Part shown: piece by piece, positions 1 to 8,894 of the stretch
Layout of the letters: every line of letters begins with the position of its first letter
Position numbering within the stretch: position 1 is the first letter of the stretch
Source: an uncultured Rhizobium sp.
GTDB lineage: Bacteria; Pseudomonadota; Alphaproteobacteria; SHVZ01
Assembly (NCBI GenBank): GCA_964504845.1
Contig: CAZDGR010000004.1
Coordinates: 1 to 38,194 of the forward strand
Direction of reading: 5' to 3'
DNA length: 38,194 nucleotides
Program-made: the position numbers and the translations under genes
Notes under the pieces: generated by a model
Seen by the model: the letters and a program-made list of their open reading frames with translations, nothing else
What the model was told of the DNA's origin: nothing
The model's database searches: none

Positions 1-407
1 AGAATGCGGGTGCCCTCGGCCGGCGCACCACTTTCCGCGGATCTTGGTGGCAGCTCCGATGAGAAGTTGCCGGCTCGCAGAAGCTCCTGGCTGATCTCGT
101 GGAGACGACCATGCGGTGCGGTCGGCATCGACATGCGGCACTCGATGTTCGCCGCGCCCGCCAGAGCCTGCTGCACCAAGGAGGTCGCCACGTCGCGGGC
201 ATCGCGACCGTAGTAGCGACCATTCTCGACCATGAGATCGACGATCCGCCCTTCGCCCGACGGCTCGACGATGAATGCCGGAGTTACGCCGGCAAAGGGA
301 TCCAGCGTCGCTTCCAGGGCAGGAAAGCGCTCGACGAGCGCCGTGAGCTCGGCGCCTGTGCGGTCGGCTATGCGAGCCTGAACCGCAGCGACTATTGAAT
401 CGGTCAT
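1..407 (-). CDS. Partial CDS running off the left edge; probable N-terminus of a second Maf-like (motility associated factor) glycosyltransferase
   Basis: Not in the ORF track because it has no stop in the window. Manual translation from ATG 407 stays open to the edge: MTDSIVAAVQARIADRTGAELTALVERFPALEATLDPF...RIVDLMVENGRYYGRDARDVATSLVQQAL. This resembles the N-terminal segment of the adjacent Maf (VLNVATKNVAFYTADPRILATHGV). Confidence 0.55.
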   Translation of the reverse strand, partial: MTDSIVAAVQARIADRTGAELTALVERFPALEATLDPFAGVTPAFIVEPSGEGRIVDLMVENGRYYGRDARDVATSLVQQALAGAANIECRMSMPTAPHGRLHEISQELLRAGNFSSELPPRSAESGAPAEGTRI

Positions 408-565
408 CGGCTGTGACAAGGACTGACCTACCCCGATCCGTCGAACGCCGACGGAGGGCGTCCCAGGGGCGAGGAACCTTCGCGGCTCCGGTCGAATACT
501 TCATACTTGAACGGGGCGCAACCCGTGACCCCTGCACCTGGCGCCTTGTGTCCGGCGATGCGCCT

Positions 566-2587
566 ATGGTCTTGTCCGCAGCGATGGCTCAATCCCTCAT
601 CATCGTCGATCCGGCCTCGCCGGTGCTCGCTCGCCGCTACGCCGCCAATCGCGCCATCCTTTCCGGAGTCGCCTCGAACGCTCTCGCCAGGATGGACCTT
701 GCGGAAGCGCCGCCGGGCACCCTGCTGGCCGATGCGGCCGAGCCCGATGTCGTGCTCAACGTCGCAACCAAGAACGTCGCCTTCTACACGGCGGACCCGA
801 GGATCCTCGCCACTCATGGAGTCGCCGCCTTCGTCGACGCGGATCAATGCTTCAAGCCGGGCGTTGCTGCCTATACGCCCGAGGACGAAGTGGCCTATGA
901 ACGCATCGTCGCGATAGACGCGGCATTCGGTGCCTCGCTCATGACGCAACCCAAACCCTATATCGTGCCGTCTCGCTACTCTCCTGTCCTGACCGTATTC
1001 GGGATCGGCCTCGGCTGGCACCTCGAGGCCTTGCTGGAACGATACGATGTCGAGCATCTCATCCTGTTCGAGGCCGACATCGAGGTGTTCCGCGCATCGC
1101 TCTACGCGATCGAGTGGCAGCCGATCGTGGAACGTTTCGCGACGAACGGACGAAGCCTGACCATCATCCTCGAAACCGACCCGCAGTCCGCGATCAACGG
1201 CCTGCTTGCTGCCCTGCAACGCCCGAACCCGGCGCTCATCGTCGGCAGCCGCTATTTCCGTCTCTATCAGTCTCCGCTCATGGATCTCGTTGCCGAGAAC
1301 ATCAGCCAGCGGCTGCCTCTGCTCGGCTACGGCTGGGGCTACTTCAAGGACGAACGACGTCAGATCCTGCAAACGGCGGAGAACGTCGGACGATCCCGGC
1401 GCTGGCTCCGTCGCAGGTGGCCGGCTCTCCTCAGCGCCGATGCGGTCATCGTCGGAGCCGGGCCGTCGTTGGAAAAGTCGCTACATGTCCTCAGGCGCAT
1501 TCGGGATCGTGTCGTCGTCTTTGCAGGCGGCTCCGCGATCCGTCCGTTGCTGCGTGCCGGTCTGGAGCCGGACTTCCATGTCGAGCTTGAGACGGCACCG
1601 TCGACCGCAGCGATACTCCTCGAGCTGGCGGACAAGTCCGTGTTTGACAGGGTCACGCTGCTTGCCTCCAACGGCATGATCCCACAGGCGCTGGAAGTCT
1701 TCCGCAATGCCCACCTGTTCGTTCGCGAGAACTCGGTGAGTTCCAGATTGCTCGGCGACACCGTCGAGGCCGTCCCTGGATGCTACCCTGTTGTGGGAAA
1801 TGCTGCGCTCGGCATCGCGACCACGCTCGGCTTCCGGCGGATCACGCTCTTCGGCGTCGACTTCGGCTACCGCGACCCCAAGCGCCATCACGCCTCCGGC
1901 ACCATCTACATGGACGACACCTCGCAGACGGCGCGCAAGGACCTTGCCGATCTCGGCCTGCCCGACGTCGCCTTGCTCGACTACACGGATACCCGCCACA
2001 CCTTGCCGTCGATCCTCGGCGACACGCTGCTCTCGGACGACACGTTTCATCTGAGCCATGTCGCGATGGAGATATTTCTTGCGCATGCACCGGACTTGAC
2101 CCTGATCCAGTGCGGCGAAGGGGCTCGTCTCGGCCGCGCCGTCAACCTCACTCCGGACCAGCTTGACCCGGAGATCTATGGCGGAGATCGGACTGCGACC
2201 TTGGAGGCGGTTCGGGAACGTTTCGAGTCACCGCCGATGGACAGTGCGGGTTACGGACGAAGAATGTCCCGCCTCGCCGCCGCCGTCGACGATGTCTTCT
2301 TTCAGCTCAGGCGGCTGTTCGCCCGGCCCGCCGAAGACACGGGCGAGTACGCGCACCTGGTCAGCGAGGCCCACGCCCTGCTTCAAAGCGCCGCCCGCGA
2401 TGTGCCCGCGGCCTTCGAGCTGCTCTACGGAATTTTCACCAGCTACTTCAAGGCGACGATCGAGCGGAGCTTCATGACGTCTTCCACCGAAGATCGTCAC
2501 CGATTCACTCGTGTCGCTCGCGAGCATTTCCTGCTTCTCCTCGACGACATCGCCGGGACGCTCGGGCCCCTGCGCGGCGCCCCGTAG
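566..2587 (+). CDS. maf: Maf family (DUF115 / MAF_flag10, MptE-like domain) flagellin glycosyltransferase
   Basis: Motifs VFGIGLGWHLE, LILFEAD, GWGYFKDE, VIVGAGPSL, GLEPDFHVELE, PVVGNAA, LFGVDFG and HHASGTIY are typical of Maf proteins. Start is more likely ATG 566 or 584 than the ORF-track TTG at 395, which overlaps the divergent gene. Confidence 0.85.
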   Translation: MVLSAAMAQSLIIVDPASPVLARRYAANRAILSGVASNALARMDLAEAPPGTLLADAAEPDVVLNVATKNVAFYTADPRILATHGVAAFVDADQCFKPGVAAYTPEDEVAYERIVAIDAAFGASLMTQPKPYIVPSRYSPVLTVFGIGLGWHLEALLERYDVEHLILFEADIEVFRASLYAIEWQPIVERFATNGRSLTIILETDPQSAINGLLAALQRPNPALIVGSRYFRLYQSPLMDLVAENISQRLPLLGYGWGYFKDERRQILQTAENVGRSRRWLRRRWPALLSADAVIVGAGPSLEKSLHVLRRIRDRVVVFAGGSAIRPLLRAGLEPDFHVELETAPSTAAILLELADKSVFDRVTLLASNGMIPQALEVFRNAHLFVRENSVSSRLLGDTVEAVPGCYPVVGNAALGIATTLGFRRITLFGVDFGYRDPKRHHASGTIYMDDTSQTARKDLADLGLPDVALLDYTDTRHTLPSILGDTLLSDDTFHLSHVAMEIFLAHAPDLTLIQCGEGARLGRAVNLTPDQLDPEIYGGDRTATLEAVRERFESPPMDSAGYGRRMSRLAAAVDDVFFQLRRLFARPAEDTGEYAHLVSEAHALLQSAARDVPAAFELLYGIFTSYFKATIERSFMTSSTEDRHRFTRVAREHFLLLLDDIAGTLGPLRGAP

Positions 2588-2593
2588 CGAGCC

Positions 2594-4579
2594 TTATGAC
2601 GTAGCTGCGGACCGGATCGCAAATCCCTCCGCCGGCAACCCGGCACGCGAGCGTCGCCTCATTTCGAGAGCTGCCTCTTCGATCGCTCGGGCAAGCCGAT
2701 TCATGTCGAAGAGAGGTCCGGCGGACCTTCGGATCCGCAGTCGTTCGCGAAGCGCAGCCAGAAGGTCGCGATCGCGCGCGAGCCCGATGAGAAGCTCGGC
2801 ATAAGTCGACGCGTCCGCTGCCACAAGATCCGCAAGGTCCAGATCGATAAGCATGCTGGCGCAGACCCGGCCGGCGAAATCCTTCCCGATCCACGTCGCC
2901 ATCGGACAGCCGATCGAAAGGGCGTCCGAGGCCGTGGTGTGTGCGTTGTAGGGCAAGGTATCGATTGCGAGATCGGCGACGGCGATCCGAGCCAGATGCT
3001 CTGCGTGCACCGCCGGAGGTGCGAAGATGACCCGCTCCGCGACGACGCCGGCCCGGACTGCCTCCTTCCGCAGGTTCGCTCTGGCGGCGGGTCCCGGATC
3101 AAGAAGCCATAGCACCGCGTCCGGTACTGAGCGCAGAACCTGCATCCACACGACGAAGCTGACAGTTTGAATCTTGTAGATCTGGTTGAAGCAGACCAGG
3201 ACCACCGCGTCTTGCGGCAAACCATGTCGTGCGCGGTCCGGCGCGGCAGCGGATGATGGCCCGGTGTCGTGCGGCCAGTAGCAGCCCGGAAGTCGCACCA
3301 ATGCTTCGCGATAGTCGCCCTCGCTTCCCGGCGGCGCGACGATCGAGTCCACCAGGGCATAGTCGTGATAGGCGGCACCGGTCACGCCCGGATAGCCGAA
3401 GTAATTGACCTGCGCAGGAGCAGGTCGTCGGGCGAGGATTCCGGGCCTTGCGCCATAGGTATGGCCGGAGAGGTCGATGAGTACATCTATGCGGTCGGCC
3501 GCGATGCGTGCCGCCGCGGCAGCGTCGTTCAGCGAGCCGAGGTCGACAACTTCCCCGAATACTTTCGCAAGTCGCGCGCGGACCTCGCTGCCATCATCGC
3601 CGGCCCAGCTGTATCCGTAGAGGTCAAGGTTTCCGCGGTTGTGGGCTTCGAGTAGCCCGATCATCTCATAGGCGACGGCGTGACGGCGAAAGTCGCCGCT
3701 GATATAGCCGAGGCGAAGACGCCCACTCTCCGCCGGCGCGTGCCGCGGGACGTGTCTCGCCGCATACTGGGTACTCCATCGTTCGGCGTTGGCGCGCTTG
3801 AGCCTCGCAGGGAGTTCGAGTGCCAGCAAGTGGAACGGCGGTGCTGCCCCGCCCCGCGCCAGCAAGGCGGCGAGATGGCCGGTTCGCCGCGACAGGTCGG
3901 ACCACTCAGCCACCTGCAGCCGCGCATGCAGGCCTTCGGAAAGAGCGATTGCGTTCGTCGGCTCCAGCGCCGCCGCCCGGTCGTAGGCGCGACACGCCGT
4001 CTCCCAATCCCTTGCCTCGCGCGAGCCGTGCCCTGCATTGACCCACGCGCGCACCGAGGTCGGCGCGGCTGCGATCGCACGACGGTGCCAGCGCCCGGCG
4101 GACCGCAGGCCGCGCGTCGCGAGCGCGCCGCCGAGATTCCCGAGCGCGATGCAATCGGTCGGATCGACGCTGACGGCACGACCGAAGTGGATAGCGGCGG
4201 CCTGGAAATCGCCCACATGCGCGAGCCCGTTGCCGAGTTCGATCCACGCGGTGGGCTCGCGCGGCTCGAGGGCCGCGGTCTGCCGGAACGCGATCGCGGC
4301 GCCTTCCGCCTGACCCGCCGCCAGTCGAGCGAGGCCGAGATTGACGGCGATCGGAGCCAATGGAGCGCGGCGCAGCAGCGTCGTCAGAAGGACCGCGGCC
4401 CGCTCCACGTCCCCGGCCTGAAGCTGGGCAACCGCAAGGAAGTGGCTCGCGTCGACGAGATCCGGGAGGAGAGCCAGTGCCCGCCGGTAGTCCGATGCGG
4501 CACCGACCAGATCGGCCGCCAGATGTATCTCGTGACCTCGATGAAGCAGCGCGAGGGCCTCGTCTCGCCTGGAGGTCAC
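2594..4579 (-). CDS. TPR-repeat GT41 glycosyltransferase (OGT/SEC-like)
   Basis: N-terminal TPRs, then GYISGDFRRHAV, DLSGHT, PAPAQVNYFGYPG, CFNQIYKI and DTLPYNAHTTASDAL. Confidence 0.9.
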   Translation of the reverse strand: MTSRRDEALALLHRGHEIHLAADLVGAASDYRRALALLPDLVDASHFLAVAQLQAGDVERAAVLLTTLLRRAPLAPIAVNLGLARLAAGQAEGAAIAFRQTAALEPREPTAWIELGNGLAHVGDFQAAAIHFGRAVSVDPTDCIALGNLGGALATRGLRSAGRWHRRAIAAAPTSVRAWVNAGHGSREARDWETACRAYDRAAALEPTNAIALSEGLHARLQVAEWSDLSRRTGHLAALLARGGAAPPFHLLALELPARLKRANAERWSTQYAARHVPRHAPAESGRLRLGYISGDFRRHAVAYEMIGLLEAHNRGNLDLYGYSWAGDDGSEVRARLAKVFGEVVDLGSLNDAAAAARIAADRIDVLIDLSGHTYGARPGILARRPAPAQVNYFGYPGVTGAAYHDYALVDSIVAPPGSEGDYREALVRLPGCYWPHDTGPSSAAAPDRARHGLPQDAVVLVCFNQIYKIQTVSFVVWMQVLRSVPDAVLWLLDPGPAARANLRKEAVRAGVVAERVIFAPPAVHAEHLARIAVADLAIDTLPYNAHTTASDALSIGCPMATWIGKDFAGRVCASMLIDLDLADLVAADASTYAELLIGLARDRDLLAALRERLRIRRSAGPLFDMNRLARAIEEAALEMRRRSRAGLPAEGFAIRSAATS

Positions 4580-4586
4580 CGCACGG

Positions 4587-5033
4587 TCAGCTCTTTGGCC
4601 CGATAACCGCGCTCCGCCAGTCGTCCTTCGGCGCGACGGCGCGGCTTCCGTCCTTCTTCACCAGCACGAGACCGCCATACTTCCAGACTCGTTCCAGACG
4701 CGACGGCTCTTCCATGATGTAGGCGACGATCTGCTTCGCCGCGCGGCGCTCGAGAACGGGCCGGAGCCCGATCCAATAGGCGAGCGTCACGACCGCGATT
4801 GTGCCCCAGATGATCTTCTGCTCGAAGCCAAAGGCCACCATCCCGCCTAAAATGACTGCGAAAAGCACAAGATAGCCGTAAGCGATCCGGCTCTTGAGGT
4901 GGTCGAAGGGCAATGGGCAATTGGGGTGGCAGAGCCGCTTCAGGTCGACCTCGAACGATAGGTCGGATGATGGAATCGCGGTTTCGAGAACGGCGAATGC
5001 CGCCTGCGTCCGATCCTGGGTTGCGTCGGCCAT
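4587..5033 (-). CDS. Small hypothetical membrane protein (two predicted TM helices)
   Basis: 148 aa with two hydrophobic stretches (IAYGYLVLFAVILGGMVAFG; IIWGTIAVVTLAYWIGL). Stop lies 7 nt before the GT41 start, so it is probably co-transcribed. Confidence 0.7.
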   Translation of the reverse strand: MADATQDRTQAAFAVLETAIPSSDLSFEVDLKRLCHPNCPLPFDHLKSRIAYGYLVLFAVILGGMVAFGFEQKIIWGTIAVVTLAYWIGLRPVLERRAAKQIVAYIMEEPSRLERVWKYGGLVLVKKDGSRAVAPKDDWRSAVIGPKS

Positions 5034-5099
5034 GACGTCTTCCGTTGTGAGGCCCAGGAGATAGCCGCCGACCGGCTGCCTTGCAAGGCACTCCAGGTG

Positions 5100-5516
5100 T
5101 TATCTCAGGCCTCGCGAAACCTCGGGCCAATGACGCTCCATGTACTGGTCGATGGCCTCGACCAGGAGCTCCTCCATGGTCGCGCCACGCGCCGCCGCGA
5201 CGATCTTGATGCGGCGGACGCGATCCTCGTCGACGCGAATGCCGAGCTTTCGCGTCCACGGCCGCCCGCCGAGCCAGGGCATATTGTCGGACGGTTTGCC
5301 GTCGGCGCGAGCCGGCAGTGGCTCGGGAGGTGCCGGGGTGGGTGCCGCGCTCGACTCGCGCGGAGCTGGAGTTGGCGCAGGAGCAGGAGCAGGCACGGCG
5401 ACCACAGGCTCGGACGGCGCGTCGAGCCGCGCATAGCTCGGCGCCTGGATCGGGGCCGCCTGCCCCGGACGACGGATGATCGAAGCATCCATTTGCGGGC
5501 GAGACTTCGGACTCAT
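5100..5516 (-). CDS. Ribbon-helix-helix centromere-binding protein (ParG-like)
   Basis: Pro/Ala-rich disordered N-terminus plus C-terminal RHH-like KLGIRVDEDRVRRIKIVAAARGATMEELLVEAIDQY. Start overlaps the parA stop (ATGA). Confidence 0.75.
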   Translation of the reverse strand: MSPKSRPQMDASIIRRPGQAAPIQAPSYARLDAPSEPVVAVPAPAPAPTPAPRESSAAPTPAPPEPLPARADGKPSDNMPWLGGRPWTRKLGIRVDEDRVRRIKIVAAARGATMEELLVEAIDQYMERHWPEVSRGLR

Positions 5517-6193
5517 ACGGGCTCTCCGGACCGGAGGTTGGTGGCCGGCGCGCCGCGAACGCGGCGAAGCTGACGGTCGATATAGTCGTAGAGCTGGCGA
5601 ATCTCTTTGCTTGCCGACCCGTCGGGATCGTATTCCAAAGCTGCGAGACCCTCGATCATCGCCTCCGAGTAGATGATGCGGTCGATCAGGTCGACCGGCG
5701 CGACCTTGCCGTGCTGGGCGAGGACCCGGGCGGCGTCCCCTTTGAGCCGGGTACGGGCCTTTGCGGCGTTGACCACGAGGACCAGCGGCCTTCCTGCCGC
5801 TTCAACGATGTCGATGGTGGGTCCCACGGCCTCCAGGTCGAGTGGCGAAGGACGTGCTGGCACCACGACCAGGTCGGCGGCCGTCACGCAGGCGCGCGTG
5901 ACATCCAGAAAGGCTGGCGGCGTGTCGATGACCACCAACCGGATGCCCGACCTCTCGGCCGCGGCGATAGCGCCGGCGAGGTCGCCATCGGCACAGGCCA
6001 GCATGACCGGCCCGCTCTCCGTCTTTCGGCGGTTGTAGAGGTGGCTGAGGCTGCCCTGGGGGTCCATGTCGATCATCGCGGCCGGCCCGTGGCCCGCCGC
6101 CTCGGCAGCTGCCGCCAGGTTGAGGGTCAAGGTGGTCTTGCCGACTCCCCCCTTGGTAGCGGCGACGGCGATGACGGGAATTCGATCGCTCAT
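5513..6193 (-). CDS. parA: ParA family partition ATPase (short, type Ib)
   Basis: Deviant Walker A KGGVGKTT, DMDPQGS and VIDTPP; 226 aa with no N-terminal HTH. Confidence 0.92.
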   Translation of the reverse strand: MSDRIPVIAVAATKGGVGKTTLTLNLAAAAEAAGHGPAAMIDMDPQGSLSHLYNRRKTESGPVMLACADGDLAGAIAAAERSGIRLVVIDTPPAFLDVTRACVTAADLVVVPARPSPLDLEAVGPTIDIVEAAGRPLVLVVNAAKARTRLKGDAARVLAQHGKVAPVDLIDRIIYSEAMIEGLAALEYDPDGSASKEIRQLYDYIDRQLRRVRGAPATNLRSGEPV

Positions 6194-6429
6194 GCGAACA
6201 GTCGCTCAGTCGCGTAACCTAGGTGAATGTTCATCGAGCGATCATTCGCATGTTCTCTTCTTCGTTTTGTCGCTCATGCACTACGTGCGCAGACTTCCAC
6301 AGTTCGCGTCAGGCGTCCAGAACACATAGGCGAGAAAGCGCTCAGGCGCCCAATCGCCTGTTTAACCGGAACTACGGGAAAACAAATACTTAACAGGCAA
6401 GCGCGCCGTGCGAACATGCGGACATTCAC
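6186..6429. repeat. Short direct and inverted repeats upstream of parA; candidate centromere/operator (parS/parH-like)
   Basis: TCGCTCATGC at 6186 and 6270, TCGCTCAGTC at 6202, GCGCTCAGGC at 6338. Inverted pairs GTGAATGT(6223)/ACATTCAC(6422) and CGCATGTTC(6247)/GAACATGCG(6412). Confidence 0.35.
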
Positions 6430-6451
6430 TCGGCGCGCTGAGGCGACCAGG

Positions 6452-7567
6452 TCAATCCGCTCTACCGGCCGTCTTTCGCAGCTCCGCGAGGCGGTTCGTC
6501 ACCCGTCGGACGACATCGTCGCTCTCGGCCATGATCGCCCGAAGGGCGCTGACCTGGGCATCGGGGAAAGCGGCAGGAGGCTGCGCGCTCTTGGCCAAGG
6601 CATGCGCCGGGGACGGCCCAGGAGATGCTTCAGGCACGGAAACGGACCGTGGCTTCCAATGCAGCTGTTCCTGTATGCCAGCGAGATCCGCCGCCACCAG
6701 GAAGCGCCAGGAACGCCGCGAGAGCGGCGCGACCAGGATCCCGAGCTCCCGGAGCTCATCCAGCAGCTTCGAGGCCCCGCGGAGGCTGAACCCGAGGACG
6801 CGCGCGACTTGCCTGGGGGACTGAATGGGGTGGGCAATGACCAGATCGACCACGTCCGCCAAGCGGGAGTTCCGCCGACGCGGTCCGAGCTTCGCGTGCC
6901 AGCTCCGCCAGAGTCGGGTCAAACCCTCCAGGTCCCGCACGCCGGCCGACGCCGCTTTGCCGATCCCACGCAGGGACCGGGCGGCCCATGCCCCCGGCGG
7001 GTAGGTCGCAACGTTCTCCGCAGCCCCCCTCAGACCGCCCGAGAGCCAAGCGAGGGGCGAACCGAGAATTCCCCGAGCCGTCAGAAAAGCAGGCAACGCA
7101 ATCATGGCTGCGCTTGGCCCCCGCCCGGCGAGGAGCCACGACCGGAAGCCGAGGACCCCGCTCAGGAGCGCAGGGGCGCCGATGACCGCCTCGAATCCGG
7201 CCAGGGCGGCGTCCACCTCGTCGGTTTCCTCAGGACCTCCGCCAGTTACCATGCGAGGGGTCCGCGCTGTCGTCGACTGGATGCGCCGGAGCATCGCGAC
7301 CGCCCGGGCATCAGCGCCAAAGTCCTTCACGCGGCTTACCGGCAGCGCGCCCGTCACGGCAAACAGTCGTTCTATTTCATAATGATAGCCTTCCGCAGCA
7401 AGGCACTCGATGCTGGCCCGGTAGAGGCTTCGCCGGCACCAAGCCTCGCCTAGCCGGCTGGTCGCAGCAGCATGATCGAGGCGCCCGACGGCAACGGCCG
7501 CGCGCTCTAGATCCGTCCCCACGGACACGGCCACGCGTTGCCAATCGGGGGCTGACCGGTCGATCAT
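6452..7567 (-). CDS. DUF1612 / HTH_13 (RHE_PE00001-like) plasmid protein with C-terminal winged HTH
   Basis: N-terminal AAVAVGRLDHAAATSRLGEAWCRR and C-terminal RRRNSRLADVVDLVIAHP...VARVLGFSLRGASKLLDEL...SRRSWR. Divergent from a tyrosine recombinase, as is common on alphaproteobacterial plasmids. Confidence 0.7.
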   Translation of the reverse strand: MIDRSAPDWQRVAVSVGTDLERAAVAVGRLDHAAATSRLGEAWCRRSLYRASIECLAAEGYHYEIERLFAVTGALPVSRVKDFGADARAVAMLRRIQSTTARTPRMVTGGGPEETDEVDAALAGFEAVIGAPALLSGVLGFRSWLLAGRGPSAAMIALPAFLTARGILGSPLAWLSGGLRGAAENVATYPPGAWAARSLRGIGKAASAGVRDLEGLTRLWRSWHAKLGPRRRNSRLADVVDLVIAHPIQSPRQVARVLGFSLRGASKLLDELRELGILVAPLSRRSWRFLVAADLAGIQEQLHWKPRSVSVPEASPGPSPAHALAKSAQPPAAFPDAQVSALRAIMAESDDVVRRVTNRLAELRKTAGRAD

Positions 7568-7670
7568 TCTGTACCTATCGGACGGTTAGGTTCACTTTGA
7601 GACGATAGGCTGGGATCTCTCCGCCGCCAAGGGACGCGGCAGAATGAAATTCCCTCAGATCCCGGAATGC

Positions 7671-7704
7671 GATCCGTCCGATATTGGCATCTATCGGTCG
7701 GTTC
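7671..7704. other. Putative lox-like recombination site of the adjacent tyrosine recombinase
   Basis: GATCCGTCCGATA-TTGGCATC-TATCGGTCGGTTC: 13-bp imperfect inverted arms (11/13) around an asymmetric 8-bp spacer. A further arm copy TATCGGACGG lies at 7576-7585. Confidence 0.7.
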
Positions 7705-7824
7705 GAATTGGTCTCCGACGCTCTCTCGCTCTACTCTGAGTTCGTGAGCACACCGGACAGGCCCGAAACGCCCTCTAGGAGCGTCGCGACGACCCCGACG
7801 ATCGCGCCGACGGCCGGAGCGGTC

Positions 7825-8766
7825 ATGGCAGGGGAGGGCGCGCTTGCCCGACACGCTTTCACGGCCGAGTCTTTCATGGCCCAGGCTCGGGCGGCCAATA
7901 CCCGGCGAGCCTATCGCTCGTCCTTCGCCGACTATGTCGGCTGGTGCCAGCGCCTGGGCCTGGAGCCTCTGTCGGCCGACCCACAACTCATCGGCATGTA
8001 TCTGGCCGGCCTGCCTGAGCTCCAGTTCAAATATGCGACCATTCGCATGAGGCTCTCGGCGATCGCGGCCGCCCATCGGGCCGCCGGCCTTGCCCTCGAC
8101 CTCAAGGACCCGCGTATAGCCCGCGTTATGGAAGGCATCGCCCGCTCGATCGGAACCCGGGTCACGCCAGCGAAACCGGTTCTCGCCGACGAGCTCGCCC
8201 GGATGGTGCGGGCCCTGCCGGCAAGTCCGCTCGGAACGCGCAACCGGGCACTGCTGCTGATCGGCTTCGGCGCCGCGACCCGCCGCTCGGAGCTCGTCGC
8301 CCTCGACCTCGAAGATGTCACGGTCACCGACGCCGGCCTCAAGTTGCTGATCCGTTTCTCAAAGACCGATCAGACAGGGGCGGGGGAGGAGGTCGGTATT
8401 CATCGCTCCGGCGATCCTAGGCTTTGTCCGGTCGATGCGCTCGAGTCCTGGCTGCAGCTCCGCGGCCGGCAGCCCGGCGCGCTCTTTTGCCAGATGACCC
8501 GCACGGGCAACGTCCGTCCTGTCCGGCTGTCGGATCGTGGCGTCGTCCGCGCGGTCAAGGCTGCAGCGGTCGCGATCGGCCTCGCGCCCGAGGGCTACGC
8601 CGGCCACAGCCTGCGCGCCGGACTCGCTACCTCCGCTTCGAACGCCGGCGCCGATCTGCTTCACATCATGAGCCAGACCCGGCATCGTTCGGTCGAGACC
8701 GTGCGCCGATACGTCCGCGATGCAGAAATCTGGCGGAACAACGTCACCCGGCTGGTCTTGCCCTAG
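7825..8766 (+). CDS. Site-specific tyrosine recombinase (Cre/IntA-like plasmid resolvase)
   Basis: SAM-like N-domain ANTRRAYRSSFADY. Catalytic R (RRSEL), K (SKTDQ), HSLR, H (TRHRS) and Y (VRRYVR). ATG 7825 follows GGAG; GTG 7744 is an alternative start. Confidence 0.92.
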   Translation: MAGEGALARHAFTAESFMAQARAANTRRAYRSSFADYVGWCQRLGLEPLSADPQLIGMYLAGLPELQFKYATIRMRLSAIAAAHRAAGLALDLKDPRIARVMEGIARSIGTRVTPAKPVLADELARMVRALPASPLGTRNRALLLIGFGAATRRSELVALDLEDVTVTDAGLKLLIRFSKTDQTGAGEEVGIHRSGDPRLCPVDALESWLQLRGRQPGALFCQMTRTGNVRPVRLSDRGVVRAVKAAAVAIGLAPEGYAGHSLRAGLATSASNAGADLLHIMSQTRHRSVETVRRYVRDAEIWRNNVTRLVLP

Positions 8767-8894
8767 GCAAACCTCTGACGCCGCCGACCTAGCGCGATCA
8801 GGGCGACCTATGCGAACGTGCGCCTTATGCGCTCGAGACGCCGCCGCCCCTGGGATCGAAAAGCCCTCTTCCTTGTCCGGATGAAACAGGCCGC

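Noticed and set aside
5377-5395. GCAGGA tandem repeat
   Set aside because: It encodes the Pro-Ala linker of the ParG-like protein. The 6-nt unit is in frame, so it is not a phase-variation switch.
6227-7453. 408-aa + strand ORF
   Set aside because: Antisense to the DUF1612/HTH gene; Arg/Pro-rich composition that does not look like a real protein.
7825-8766. Integrase as marker of a prophage or ICE boundary
   Set aside because: No phage or conjugation genes and no tRNA att site. The par/DUF1612 context and lox-like site fit a plasmid resolvase.
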